Part shown: positions 1 through 9,698 of the stretch, piece after piece
Layout of the letters: every line of letters begins with the position of its first letter
How positions within the stretch are numbered: the stretch's first letter is position 1
Source: Calditrichia bacterium
GTDB lineage: Bacteria > Calditrichota > Calditrichia > JAJRVZ01
Length of the DNA: 64,000 nucleotides
Assembly: GCA_963796965.1 (NCBI GenBank)
Contig: CAWCNS010000005.1
Location: forward strand, 864,001 to 928,000
Direction of reading: 5' to 3'
Translations under genes and position numbers: made by a program
The notes under the pieces: generated by a model
The model's database searches: none
Seen by the model: only the letters and a program-made list of their open reading frames with translations
What the model was told of the DNA's origin: nothing

Positions 1-2
1 TT

Positions 3-587
3 GAACTCTGCAGGCATGTTAAAGAGAGGGTACCGGATGGTTTTCTTTGGGCAGATGCCAATGGTGGATATCTTGTAAAGGATGCGCTGTCCATTGCCCC
101 TAAGTTAGCCGATATTGGTGTAGACATTCTGGAGCAACCGCTTCAAGCAAATCAGATTTCGGGTTATCAGGCTTTAAAAAAGCAGGGAGCATTACCTATT
201 TTGATGGATGAAGGGATTGTATCCCCCACAACATTATTGGAGTTTATAAAATTAGATATGCTTGATGGTGTAGCTATGAAACCTGCCAGATGCGGTGGTT
301 TAGTATCCGCAAAAGAACAGATTGAAATATTGCGTGACAAAGGTCTGATTTTTTTGGCCAGCGGTTTAACAGATCCGGATATTTCATTCACTGCAACTCT
401 TACTCTTTATGCAGCCTATGGGTATGAACTACCTGCCGCTCTAAATGGCCCACAATTTATCACGAAAAGTGTCTTAACAGAGCCTTTTATTTCTGAAAAG
501 GGCTATTTATCCGTACCAACAGGTAATGGTCTTGGTATAGAGGTTGATGAGGATAAGATTAGAGAAATCCAGATCGATATTGGCTAA
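3..587 (+). CDS. Enolase-superfamily (mandelate racemase/muconate lactonizing-like) enzyme, 5'-truncated by window edge
   Basis: Frame open from base 3; motifs WADANGGY, LEQP, ILMDEG, MKPARCGG and C-terminal VPTGNGLGIEVDE. Confidence 0.85.
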   Translation, partial: ELCRHVKERVPDGFLWADANGGYLVKDALSIAPKLADIGVDILEQPLQANQISGYQALKKQGALPILMDEGIVSPTTLLEFIKLDMLDGVAMKPARCGGLVSAKEQIEILRDKGLIFLASGLTDPDISFTATLTLYAAYGYELPAALNGPQFITKSVLTEPFISEKGYLSVPTGNGLGIEVDEDKIREIQIDIG

Positions 588-754
588 ATTGATTCAGAAA
601 GGTGAATAACTTTTCCCGCAGAGACACAAAGAGAAGACACCTTTTGTCTCGGTGGTTGATGGAAATATTCTTATTTATTTATCACGGCGGCTTGGCGTCT
701 TTGCGAGAACCCTGATGCCATTTGATTACAAAAGCAGCTAATAGGAATTGATAA

Positions 755-1015
755 TTGAAAAGTGAGCAGTATAAAAAAGTATTTGAGGGAAAAGCCGTAG
801 AGGCAGATCTTGTAAAAAATATTTTAGAAGAGAATGGTATTTCGACGATTGTAAAAGAAGATATGATGAGTCAGGTTTTCCCTCTTTATGTTGCTACCGG
901 TGAACTAAAACCAGTAAAAGTATATATTGATCGGTCATCCTTTGAAGAAGGAAGTAAATTAGTTGCTATCTATACCAAACAAATAAATCAGGATGAGGTA
1001 AACGGAAAGGATTAA
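755..1015 (+). CDS. DUF2007-family (putative signal-transducing) small protein
   Basis: EADLVKNILEENGI ... VKVYIDRSSFEE pattern. Confidence 0.65.
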   Translation: MKSEQYKKVFEGKAVEADLVKNILEENGISTIVKEDMMSQVFPLYVATGELKPVKVYIDRSSFEEGSKLVAIYTKQINQDEVNGKD

Positions 1016-1019
1016 TCAA

Positions 1020-1757
1020 TCACCTCCGTAATACTGCTTTCGAAAAACGATAATCAGGGATATCAACATCAAATGTTATCTCTTCAACAACAAATTCAGT
1101 CCCTTTTCCTTCCTTTAGCATGTCTTTAAACAAAATTCGCATGGGGTACCAGCGATTTTCAATTGCAACGACATCAGATAATTCCATACGCTTTAGCAAT
1201 TTTCCACTTTTTGCATATAATTCCTGTCTCAGAGGAATATATTTCTTCTGATCCACCCATATTTTTCGCATTTCATAGGCAATCTCTTTAGTCTTAGCCT
1301 GAAGTTCTAATAACCAGCAGAGTTGGTTATCGATCGTATCTTTTCCAACGACAACAGCGTCATAGTGATCCTGTAATTTCTTATCATCCATCATATCTTC
1401 ATAGGAAAGATCAGAACCCATTACCGATTGCCGCAGCATATGCCCGGAGATCTGAATTGTTCGATCAGTTGAGGGGGCATACATCCATAACTGATCTTCC
1501 AGTTTAAGCATCTTTGTATCTTTCTCTCTGGGCGGGGCCAGGTATTCTGTAAATGATTTCTCATCACCCACGACCCATGATTTGGACTCAACAGTTCTGC
1601 TGCCACGCCGTCCATGAATAATCATCTTCGACGTCAGCAACCGGCTATCGGAAGACATATTCTGATCAATTTTGTCTAATATTTCTTTTCCATCGGGCAT
1701 CTGCGTCTGAGCTGTTGTCAGGGACATTAAGATAAGTAATGCTAGTACAACCTTCAT
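1020..1757 (-). CDS. LolA-like outer-membrane lipoprotein-sorting family protein
   Basis: Signal peptide; YLAPPREKDTKMLK, QSVMGSDLSYED motifs; last gene of an ABC operon; paralog at 19663-20400. Confidence 0.8.
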   Translation of the reverse strand: MKVVLALLILMSLTTAQTQMPDGKEILDKIDQNMSSDSRLLTSKMIIHGRRGSRTVESKSWVVGDEKSFTEYLAPPREKDTKMLKLEDQLWMYAPSTDRTIQISGHMLRQSVMGSDLSYEDMMDDKKLQDHYDAVVVGKDTIDNQLCWLLELQAKTKEIAYEMRKIWVDQKKYIPLRQELYAKSGKLLKRMELSDVVAIENRWYPMRILFKDMLKEGKGTEFVVEEITFDVDIPDYRFSKAVLRR

Positions 1758-1912
1758 GATTTCTCCCTAATATATTTGCTTCGGTGATTTTTTTTATGAT
1801 CTCGCAGAAACGCAAAGGCGCAAAGTTTTAGAATAATATTTAAAAAACTCTGTTAACTCTGTGCTTCTTTGTGCACTTTGTGATTATCTTTTTCCATTTA
1901 TAATTGATTCAT

Positions 1913-3188
1913 CTATACCTCAAGCTCCTTAAACAATCTGGCTGTATTTCTTTTGTAGATACCAATTCCGGCCAGAGCCGTACCCAGAACAGTGGAGAAT
2001 AAACCGGGTATAAATCCAATATAATAGGCTTGTGGCGTGACATGTGCCCGAAATACAGATGGTATCATCATGGTTACATTTTTCATCATATCGCTAATAT
2101 CGAAGCCCACTTTCTGAAGGTAGAAAGAGATACTCAGACCAATGGCTGTGCCAAGCACCGAGCCAAGCAACCCGATTAAAAATGACTCCAAGATCATTGA
2201 ATAATACACATGACTCTTATTTTCTCCAATAGCTAATCGAAGCCCCACTTCTCCATATCGCCTTAAACCTCCAATTAGGCCGGCATTCCAGAGAACAATG
2301 GACATGGCAAATACAAAAATGGCAATAAAGGTACCTATCATACTGGACATATAATCAAGCATGCTGTCCAGGCCATTTTGTTCTGCTAATCGTAACATTA
2401 CAGGAGCAAATTCATTCTCATCCTTCTCAAATCCTGCATTAAACGCTTCTACCAAGGTTTTCAGCTTTTTGATCAGAATAAACATTATCTTCAAAATACC
2501 CGAGAATTTCGCCTGATGCATCCTGCATATCAAGAACCATCTGTGCATCAGAAATATCCATAATCATCGCAGCCCGATCCATTGCTACCACGCCGAAACT
2601 AACGGTACCTGCAATGATATAATTTTGCATGGCCATACTACCATACATAGTAGAAGACATAAGTGTTACCCTATCTCCCGGAGCCACATCCAGTTTTAAG
2701 GCAAAAACATCACTAATAAGAATTTCTCCTGTTTTTTCAGGCAAAACTCCTCTGGTTAACGATTTTTTCATATTAAGTCTTTCAATTTCCCCACTGGCTT
2801 TTGAAAAAAGTTCTACTGCAATTCCCATCACAGGTCCCTGAGATTTGGTCATTCCCATTTCATCTGGGGCATCCAAAAGGCCGCCAAATTGAATCCTTTT
2901 TACCCAGGTCAGATCCGGATATTTCTGATCCAATTCACCAATAAGAGATCCCACCTCAATCATGGCAAGATCATTAGGATTCTGACCTACATTGTCAGCA
3001 TAAGCCCGGGACATAATTTTCACGTGCCCTGTGGCAAAGGCGGCACTGGTATTAATCATCTCACCCAATACACCCGAAATCCAGCACTGTATCAATACTG
3101 TCAGCATCACGCCGATGGATACAATTAAAATCGGAAAAAGACTGCGGTGGCGGTCCCGCAATATACCTTTTAATAAGAATTTTATCAT
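1913..3188 (-). CDS. ABC transporter permease (FtsX/LolE/MacB-like), split by one frameshift near 2445-2460
   Basis: ORFs 2439-3188 and 1913-2548 join into one permease with N-terminal TM, periplasmic domain and RRYGEVGLRLAIG motif. Confidence 0.8.
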
Positions 3189-3211
3189 AATTACCTCGGT
3201 GGTAATAATTA

Positions 3212-4384
3212 TTAATTGATTTTCCCGCGTATTGCATCCGTTGGCTTCATACGGGATATTTTTCGGGCCGGGATAAAACTGACAATCGTTGCTGTGACAA
3301 AAATGACAATAGTTGTAGTTACAATTAGCCCAATACTATAAACTGGAAAAATTTTTTCAGCGATAGCCATACCATAATCATCTGTATTTTCCGGCATCGC
3401 GATACCGTATTTAGCTTGCAAAGTCAGAAGGGGTATGCCATAAATAGCAGCAACCATGGCAGCAAGAATGGAGTGCATAGAGCCTTCGAGGGTAAACAAT
3501 CGGATGACTTGTCCCCTTGTCATCCCCAGCGCTATCTGAGTGCCAATTTCCTTTTGACGGCGGAATATTGAAAGGACCTGGGTATCAAAAATAGCCAACA
3601 TCGCTAAAAGGAGCAATACAATATATATTATTGAGCCACCTATTTGTTTTTGTTCGATCGTTTGATCGATATCAAACAAAAGAGCGTCCTGATCATTAAA
3701 CTTCCATCCACTAATGTCGGATAAATTTTCTGATCCCGATGCCGCTACCGCAATTGTTGCTTCACCTGGCATTTGCATCATCTCCTGCAATCTTTCCAAG
3801 GGAAGCCAGAGTTGTCCGTTGTCTATTTTTGGTACATTAGTCCTGAAAAGACCAACAACTTTAGCCTCTGCAGCATCGAAAGTCTCATTAGCATCGCGCC
3901 ATCGTATCGTGAAAACATCACCAATATTTAACTTTGTTGCTTCCGCCATTCGTGTACCCATTAGAATGGGAATCTCATCTGAGCGCTCTGCAAGAAGTAT
4001 GGTTGGCAACTGAACAATTGATTGATCAGGTTCAATGCCTTTAAGCAATACAGATTGCATACGACCCTTTGGGTAAATGGTAGATTGTGAGATTAAAATA
4101 GTGGTTAGTGATTTTGATTCTAACTGTTTTTGTAATTCTCCCGGCAATTTGCTATGGCTATCCACCAGAGTAAAAGGATCATAAGGGTCATATTTTTCCT
4201 GCCAGAATTGCCCTCCCCCGATCTCCCACTCAATTGTATCAAGCCGCGCTTGTTCATGCCAACCATCCAGCATTCCTCTATGCCAGATGATAACAACGAA
4301 GGAAATTGAAAGAACAATGACATTAAGCCAGGTACGCAACCCGGCACCGATGATATTACGCCAGGCTAGTTTTAGAGAAAGCAT
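3212..4384 (-). CDS. ABC transporter permease (FtsX/LolE/MacB-like)
   Basis: LAWRNI start, RRQKEIGTQIALG, PARKISRMKP end; GAGGAG RBS before ATG 4384. Confidence 0.88.
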   Translation of the reverse strand: MLSLKLAWRNIIGAGLRTWLNVIVLSISFVVIIWHRGMLDGWHEQARLDTIEWEIGGGQFWQEKYDPYDPFTLVDSHSKLPGELQKQLESKSLTTILISQSTIYPKGRMQSVLLKGIEPDQSIVQLPTILLAERSDEIPILMGTRMAEATKLNIGDVFTIRWRDANETFDAAEAKVVGLFRTNVPKIDNGQLWLPLERLQEMMQMPGEATIAVAASGSENLSDISGWKFNDQDALLFDIDQTIEQKQIGGSIIYIVLLLLAMLAIFDTQVLSIFRRQKEIGTQIALGMTRGQVIRLFTLEGSMHSILAAMVAAIYGIPLLTLQAKYGIAMPENTDDYGMAIAEKIFPVYSIGLIVTTTIVIFVTATIVSFIPARKISRMKPTDAIRGKIN

Positions 4385-4507
4385 GCTTACTCTCCTCAAT
4401 ATTTTTCGGAGACTGGAATCCGCAATCAGGAAACCGGAACTCTTTAATTGAGATAAAATTTTCAGTTTTCATTGGACACATTCTGTACATAAAAATTTCC
4501 ATTGATT

Positions 4508-5257
4508 TCAGTTTGTATTTTTTTCTGTCTTCGGTCTCCGGCTTCCAGCCTCCGGTCTTTTATGAGATATAATCTCATCAGTTATAACGCGACCATCTTC
4601 GAGTGAAATTTTGCGTCGAAGATAATGGATCACTTTTTCATCATGGGTTGCAAAAATAAAAGTCGTATTAAGATCTTTATTCAATTTTTCCATGGTTTGT
4701 AAAATATGATGGGAATTTGCTGCATCCAGATTAGCCGTAGGCTCATCGGCCAATACGACCTGTGGCTTTTTAACCATCGCTCTGGCTATGGCCACACGCT
4801 GACTTTCACCACCGGAGAGCTGTGACGGACGCGATTTTAGTTTATCTGTCAATCCTACCCACTCAACGGCTTCCAAAACAGACTTTTTTCGTTCCTCTGG
4901 AGTTGTGTTGAGCAAAAGCAGGGGAAATTCTACATTTTCAAAAACGGTATATACAGGAAGTAAATTGTAGGTTTGAAAAATAAAACCCAGGTATTTATTG
5001 CGTAATGTAGCAGCCTCTCTATGGGATAAATCGCCAATTGACTGATCGAGCACCAGCGCTCTTCCCTCAGACGGGGTGTCTAGTGATCCCAGTATGTTTA
5101 AGAGTGTTGTTTTACCGGATCCGCTGGGGCCAACAAGACCAGCAAATTCCCCTGCACCAAAAACAAGATTAATATCATTGAGGGCAGTAAAGTCACCTCC
5201 TCCCACAGGAAAACGTTTAATAAGATTTTCAGTTTTGATTATAATCGAATTTTTCAT
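4508..5257 (-). CDS. ABC transporter ATP-binding protein (LolD-like)
   Basis: Walker A GPSGSGKT, signature LSGGESQR, Walker B LADEPT; AGGAG before ATG 5257. Confidence 0.92.
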   Translation of the reverse strand: MKNSIIIKTENLIKRFPVGGGDFTALNDINLVFGAGEFAGLVGPSGSGKTTLLNILGSLDTPSEGRALVLDQSIGDLSHREAATLRNKYLGFIFQTYNLLPVYTVFENVEFPLLLLNTTPEERKKSVLEAVEWVGLTDKLKSRPSQLSGGESQRVAIARAMVKKPQVVLADEPTANLDAANSHHILQTMEKLNKDLNTTFIFATHDEKVIHYLRRKISLEDGRVITDEIISHKRPEAGSRRPKTEKNTN

Positions 5258-5433
5258 CTTCAATCTCCTGCTATCATCAAGTTTTTTTTCTATCACTAAG
5301 TCCACGAAGTAGAAACGAAGACCACTGAGAAATATCAATGATTTACAATTTAAAATTCAACATTTATAATTAATTATCTCAGTGTGGAACCCTCTAGGAA
5401 TATGTGAGCCACCGGATAATATATTAGCAAATA

Positions 5434-6039
5434 TCAAGATCCCTCTCTATTGGGCCTAGGTAAAATACCGTAGAATAAGAAATTATTCACTTCCATCACG
5501 AAATCATGATAGTTCGGATATGAGTTAATCAGATCATTTTCTTTTATCATCAATTTTATGTAATTGATGACCGCCAGCAAAAATTCCGGTTTCATTTCAG
5601 CGCGTACTTCGCCTCTTTTCTGAGCATCCTTGATAAAACTCAAAAAGTGTAATACACTCTCCCTGGCCAAGGTATCAAAAAATTCTTTTAGTTCTGATGA
5701 TGAATAAAAATAATCCAGGGCAAATTCATGGCTTATCTTTGCCGTCGATTCATCCTTCATTTCCAAAATTTTCTGTAACTTCTTTTCAAATGGTATCTCC
5801 ATCGCCCGGATTTCATCAAATTTTTCTAATCCCTGCTCAAAACCTTTTTTCCACATAAAGCGAACTAATTCATTTTTATTTTTAAAGTATTTATAGAAGG
5901 TCATTTTACTGACGCTTGAAGTTTTACAGATTTCCTCAATTGGAATACGCTTTATTCCGAATTGCTGAAAGAGATTCAGAGCCGTGTCAATGATCTTCAA
6001 TTGTTTCGCAGGAAGATTTAATTGTGAGAGATCTAACAT
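5434..6039 (-). CDS. TetR/AcrR-family transcriptional regulator
   Basis: N-terminal HTH IEEICKTSSVSKMTFYKYFKNK; heads the ABC operon. Confidence 0.9.
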   Translation of the reverse strand: MLDLSQLNLPAKQLKIIDTALNLFQQFGIKRIPIEEICKTSSVSKMTFYKYFKNKNELVRFMWKKGFEQGLEKFDEIRAMEIPFEKKLQKILEMKDESTAKISHEFALDYFYSSSELKEFFDTLARESVLHFLSFIKDAQKRGEVRAEMKPEFLLAVINYIKLMIKENDLINSYPNYHDFVMEVNNFLFYGILPRPNREGS

Positions 6040-6247
6040 GTTTACGATATTCCACTATTTATACGTTTTGATTATACTAAGACTATTATCGTATTAATAT
6101 TACTAATTTGTATACGATAAGTCAATAAAAATGTTGCCGTTTTATTTATCTCGTCCAATACGTCGAACATTCGACCAAAAGGAAGAATTTAAGTGTAATA
6201 AAAATAATAACTTGATATATAGTTTTTAAATGTTAATATTGGTCCAA

Positions 6248-6265
6248 ATGTGCAAAGTATCACAA
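6248..6265 (+). promoter_or_regulatory. Candidate Rex/CRP-type operator upstream of the cytochrome operon
   Basis: ATGTGCAAAGTATCACAA; 9/10 to TGTGA-N6-TCACA and 11/14 to TTGTGAA-N4-TTCACAA; just downstream of a TTGATA(6212)-TAATAT(6234) promoter-like pair. Confidence 0.4.
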
Positions 6266-6296
6266 TTATGATATATCTGGGCTGGTATATTTTTTT

Positions 6297-7328
6297 ATGA
6301 ATAGCACTATCTACCAAAGATCAGATCACTCCCTATTTACTATCATATTAATCATTTTCTGTTTATCAATACTTGCCAGATCCGAACCATCCGGGGAATT
6401 ATTTCAACACAATTATAAGATTGCCTGGATCGCTGAATACAGTTCAAACGAAACGTTTACTACAAATGAAAATTTAATCTCCCGATTTTTTAATTTTATT
6501 ACAGGAGAAGATGTATTTCATTTACAAAGACCGATGTCTGTCATTGCCTCCAGGTCTGGCCAGATAACGGTTCTGGATCAGGAAGCAAGATCAATCGTTT
6601 GCATTGATCCTTTGAATAAAAAAATGGATTTAATATCCGCAACCTCCGCTACCCCCTTCCCTTCCCTTCTTGCACTTTGTTTAAATAATAATAATGAGAT
6701 CTACCTTACAGACTCGCATGACAATCAAATATATTTTTTAACATCACCAGATGAAGACCCTGTCATTCTCAATAAATCACTTCAACTGAGGCGACCCACA
6801 GGTATTGCCTATCACCAACAGAACAAGGAAATTTGGGTAGTAGAAACCGCAGCACATCGAATTTCCATCATCGATCAACTGGGTAACCACATTCGATATA
6901 TAGGAAAGCGTGGCCTGAAGGAAGGTGAATTTAATTTCCCAAGTTTTATCTGGATTGATAGAATGGGAACCGCCTATGTCATAGATACCATGAATTTTCG
7001 CATACAAATCCTTGATGGGGAAGGAAATACGATTTCTGTTTTTGGAGAAGCGGGAGACGGCAGTGGATATTTTGCCCGACCAAAAGGTATAGCCACTGAT
7101 TCTGAGGGAAACATCTATATCGTTGATGCTCTGTTTCATGCCGTTCAGATTTTCGACATCAACGGTAATTTTCTCTTCAGTTTTGGTAAACAGGGTCAGG
7201 GAAAAAGCGAGTTCTGGATGCCCTCGGGTATATACATAGATGAGATGGATAAAATTTATATTGCTGATAGCTATAACAGCAGAATTCAGATTTTTCAGTT
7301 ATTAAAAAAGGGCTCAGGTGAGAATTAG
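6297..7328 (+). CDS. NHL-repeat six-bladed beta-propeller protein
   Basis: Repeated G.F..P.GIA.D..G.IY..D..N.RIQ.F units; N-terminal signal/TM. Confidence 0.9.
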   Translation: MNSTIYQRSDHSLFTIILIIFCLSILARSEPSGELFQHNYKIAWIAEYSSNETFTTNENLISRFFNFITGEDVFHLQRPMSVIASRSGQITVLDQEARSIVCIDPLNKKMDLISATSATPFPSLLALCLNNNNEIYLTDSHDNQIYFLTSPDEDPVILNKSLQLRRPTGIAYHQQNKEIWVVETAAHRISIIDQLGNHIRYIGKRGLKEGEFNFPSFIWIDRMGTAYVIDTMNFRIQILDGEGNTISVFGEAGDGSGYFARPKGIATDSEGNIYIVDALFHAVQIFDINGNFLFSFGKQGQGKSEFWMPSGIYIDEMDKIYIADSYNSRIQIFQLLKKGSGEN

Positions 7329-9012
7329 TTTTTATAACTATATTATTTATCTTTGTTTGCTCCCGGCTATTCTTACCGGACAATCTGTAGTAAATACAGT
7401 GCATAATCTGTCTGTAAGTGGAACCGGGACCGTGCGGGCCAGCGAAGAATCAGAAGTATGTATTTTTTGTCATACCCCACACAATAGCAGTCCGCGAAAA
7501 CCATTATGGAATCGGCAGGACCCAGGTTTAACCTATACCCTCTATCATAGCTCTACAATCCAGGCCGAACCAGGTCAGCCGGATGGCAGTTCCATTTTAT
7601 GTCTCTCTTGCCATGATGGCACCATTGCCTTAGGAAATGTTCTTAACCGGACCAATCCAATTGATTTAAACACCGGCATTACCCATATGCCGGCAAGAGC
7701 AAACCTTTCTAAAGATCTCTCCGACGATCATCCCATCTCGTTTATTTATAGTTCCACTCTCTCGGCGACTGATGGTGAATTAGCTGATCCGGCGACCCTC
7801 ATGGGACCTGTGCATTTGGAAAATAATAAAATGCAATGTACCTCCTGCCATGACGCCCATAAAGATATATATCCCTATTTTTTAGTAGCGAGTCGCCAAT
7901 ACTCAGACCTTTGCCAGTATTGTCACAAGAAGACCAACTGGGAACTGAGCAGCCACAACTACTCCAATGCCACCTGGAATGGTTCCGGAAATGATCCCTG
8001 GTTCCACACACCCTTCAATACCGTTGCAGAAAATGGTTGTGAAAACTGTCATAATCCCCATAACGCTGGTGGACCGGCAAGGTTAACTAACTATTATGCT
8101 GAAGAGAATAACTGCCTTGATTGTCATCGTGGGAGTGTTGCTTCAAAAAATATATTAGCGGATCTGGGTAAACCATACAGGCATGATGTTTATTTATATT
8201 CACAGGTTCACGATCCTCAGGAATCGCCACTTGTACAGGAGCGGCATGTGGAATGTGTGGATTGTCACAATCCCCATCTCACTAGACCAGATGCAGCGAT
8301 ACCGCCTGCGGCCGGAGGATTTATTTTAGGTGTACCGGGAGTGAATTCTGAGGGCACTGCTATTTCTGCTATCCGTTATGAATTCGAACTCTGTTACCGT
8401 TGCCATGCCGATAGCCCCGACAAACCCGGAAGCAGCACCTCAAGAGAGATTGAGCAGGATAATACAAGATTCGAATTTGATGTATCCGGTCCATCATTCC
8501 ATCCCATAGAAGGCCAGGGAAGAAACAACAATGTACCTAGTTTGATATCTCCTTTGAGTGAATCGAGCCTCATCTACTGTTCTGATTGTCATGCCAGCAA
8601 CGATAGTCAAGCAGGCGGACCGCATGGCTCAATCTATCCCCATATTCTAAAATATAATTATACAACAACAGATTATACACAAGAATCATACCAGGCCTAT
8701 GAACTCTGCTTTCAATGCCATGACTATAATCAAATTGTCCATGATGAAAGCAATGAATTCTCCAGTAAAGTACATAAAAAGCATATCGTTGATGAAGATA
8801 CACCTTGTAATATCTGTCATGACCCTCATGGTATTAGTTCTGGACAGGGAAACACATCCAATCATTCTCACCTGATCAACTTCGATCTATCAGTGGTGAG
8901 CGCTAGCACGGGGGCCATGGGGCGTCTTGAGTTCAACGATAACGGCAGTTATGCTGGCAACTGCTATCTTAACTGTCATGAAAAAAATCACAATCCAAGA
9001 AGCTATAATTAA
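7318..9012 (+). CDS. Multiheme c-type cytochrome (11 CXXCH + 1 CX3CH) with an N-terminal OmcE-like tetraheme domain
   Basis: Signal peptide; CIFCH, CLSCH, CTSCH, CQYCH, CENCH, CLDCH, CVDCH, CYRCH, CSDCH, CFQCH, CNICH, CYLNCH. Confidence 0.92.
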   Translation: MRISFYNYIIYLCLLPAILTGQSVVNTVHNLSVSGTGTVRASEESEVCIFCHTPHNSSPRKPLWNRQDPGLTYTLYHSSTIQAEPGQPDGSSILCLSCHDGTIALGNVLNRTNPIDLNTGITHMPARANLSKDLSDDHPISFIYSSTLSATDGELADPATLMGPVHLENNKMQCTSCHDAHKDIYPYFLVASRQYSDLCQYCHKKTNWELSSHNYSNATWNGSGNDPWFHTPFNTVAENGCENCHNPHNAGGPARLTNYYAEENNCLDCHRGSVASKNILADLGKPYRHDVYLYSQVHDPQESPLVQERHVECVDCHNPHLTRPDAAIPPAAGGFILGVPGVNSEGTAISAIRYEFELCYRCHADSPDKPGSSTSREIEQDNTRFEFDVSGPSFHPIEGQGRNNNVPSLISPLSESSLIYCSDCHASNDSQAGGPHGSIYPHILKYNYTTTDYTQESYQAYELCFQCHDYNQIVHDESNEFSSKVHKKHIVDEDTPCNICHDPHGISSGQGNTSNHSHLINFDLSVVSASTGAMGRLEFNDNGSYAGNCYLNCHEKNHNPRSYN

Positions 9013-9056
9013 AACAGACTATTTATACTAATAATAAACCTGCAGGAGGAGGAATT

Positions 9057-9678
9057 ATGAAAACTATTCTAACATTAGCTGACGATCCTTGCCATCACGT
9101 TACTAAATTCACTTGTTCTGGCTCAAACAATTAAAGGATCGGCACATGATTTTTCTGATGGCACCTGGAACACAACCGGGCAGATCTGCCTGGTATGCCA
9201 TACGCCACACAATGCCGACGTCACGGTCACCAACGCCCCTCTCTGGAATCATGAGACCACGATGTCAACTTTCACAACATACCAGAGTGCCAGCATGGAT
9301 GCCACAACCGGACAACCAGATGCATCTTCAAAACTCTGCTTGAGTTGCCATGATGGTACCGTAGCAGTAGATAATTTTGGTACACAAACCGGCGGTTCTC
9401 ATTTTCTGAGTGGTAATTCCCGTATCGGCACCGATCTGAGCGATGATCATCCAATATCATTTACCTACGATGCTGCTCTCGCTGCAATTGATCAGGGTCT
9501 GTATGATCCGACAACAACCAATTCCGGCCTCGGTAGTTCTATTAGCAATGACATGCTTATTGGAAACCAGGTACAATGTGCCTCATGTCATGATGTTCAT
9601 AATGGCAGTGGTGAAAATAAGTTATTACGCAAATCAAATCAGGCAAGTGGCCTCTGCCTCACTTGCCATAATAAATAG
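9057..9678 (+). CDS. OmcE-like tetraheme c-type cytochrome (~206 aa; one extra base near 9078 breaks the signal peptide)
   Basis: AGGAGGAGG RBS then ATG 9057 (MKTILTL), continuing in the 9262 frame as LTILAITLLNSLVLAQTIKGSAHDFS...; CLVCH, CLSCH, CASCH, CLTCH. Confidence 0.85.
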
Positions 9679-9698
9679 GATTCAGATTGAAACCATTG

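Noticed and set aside
9113..9343. 76-aa ORF between cytochrome genes
   Set aside because: It is an off-frame shadow of the tetraheme gene, whose CLVCH motif lies in another frame over the same bases.
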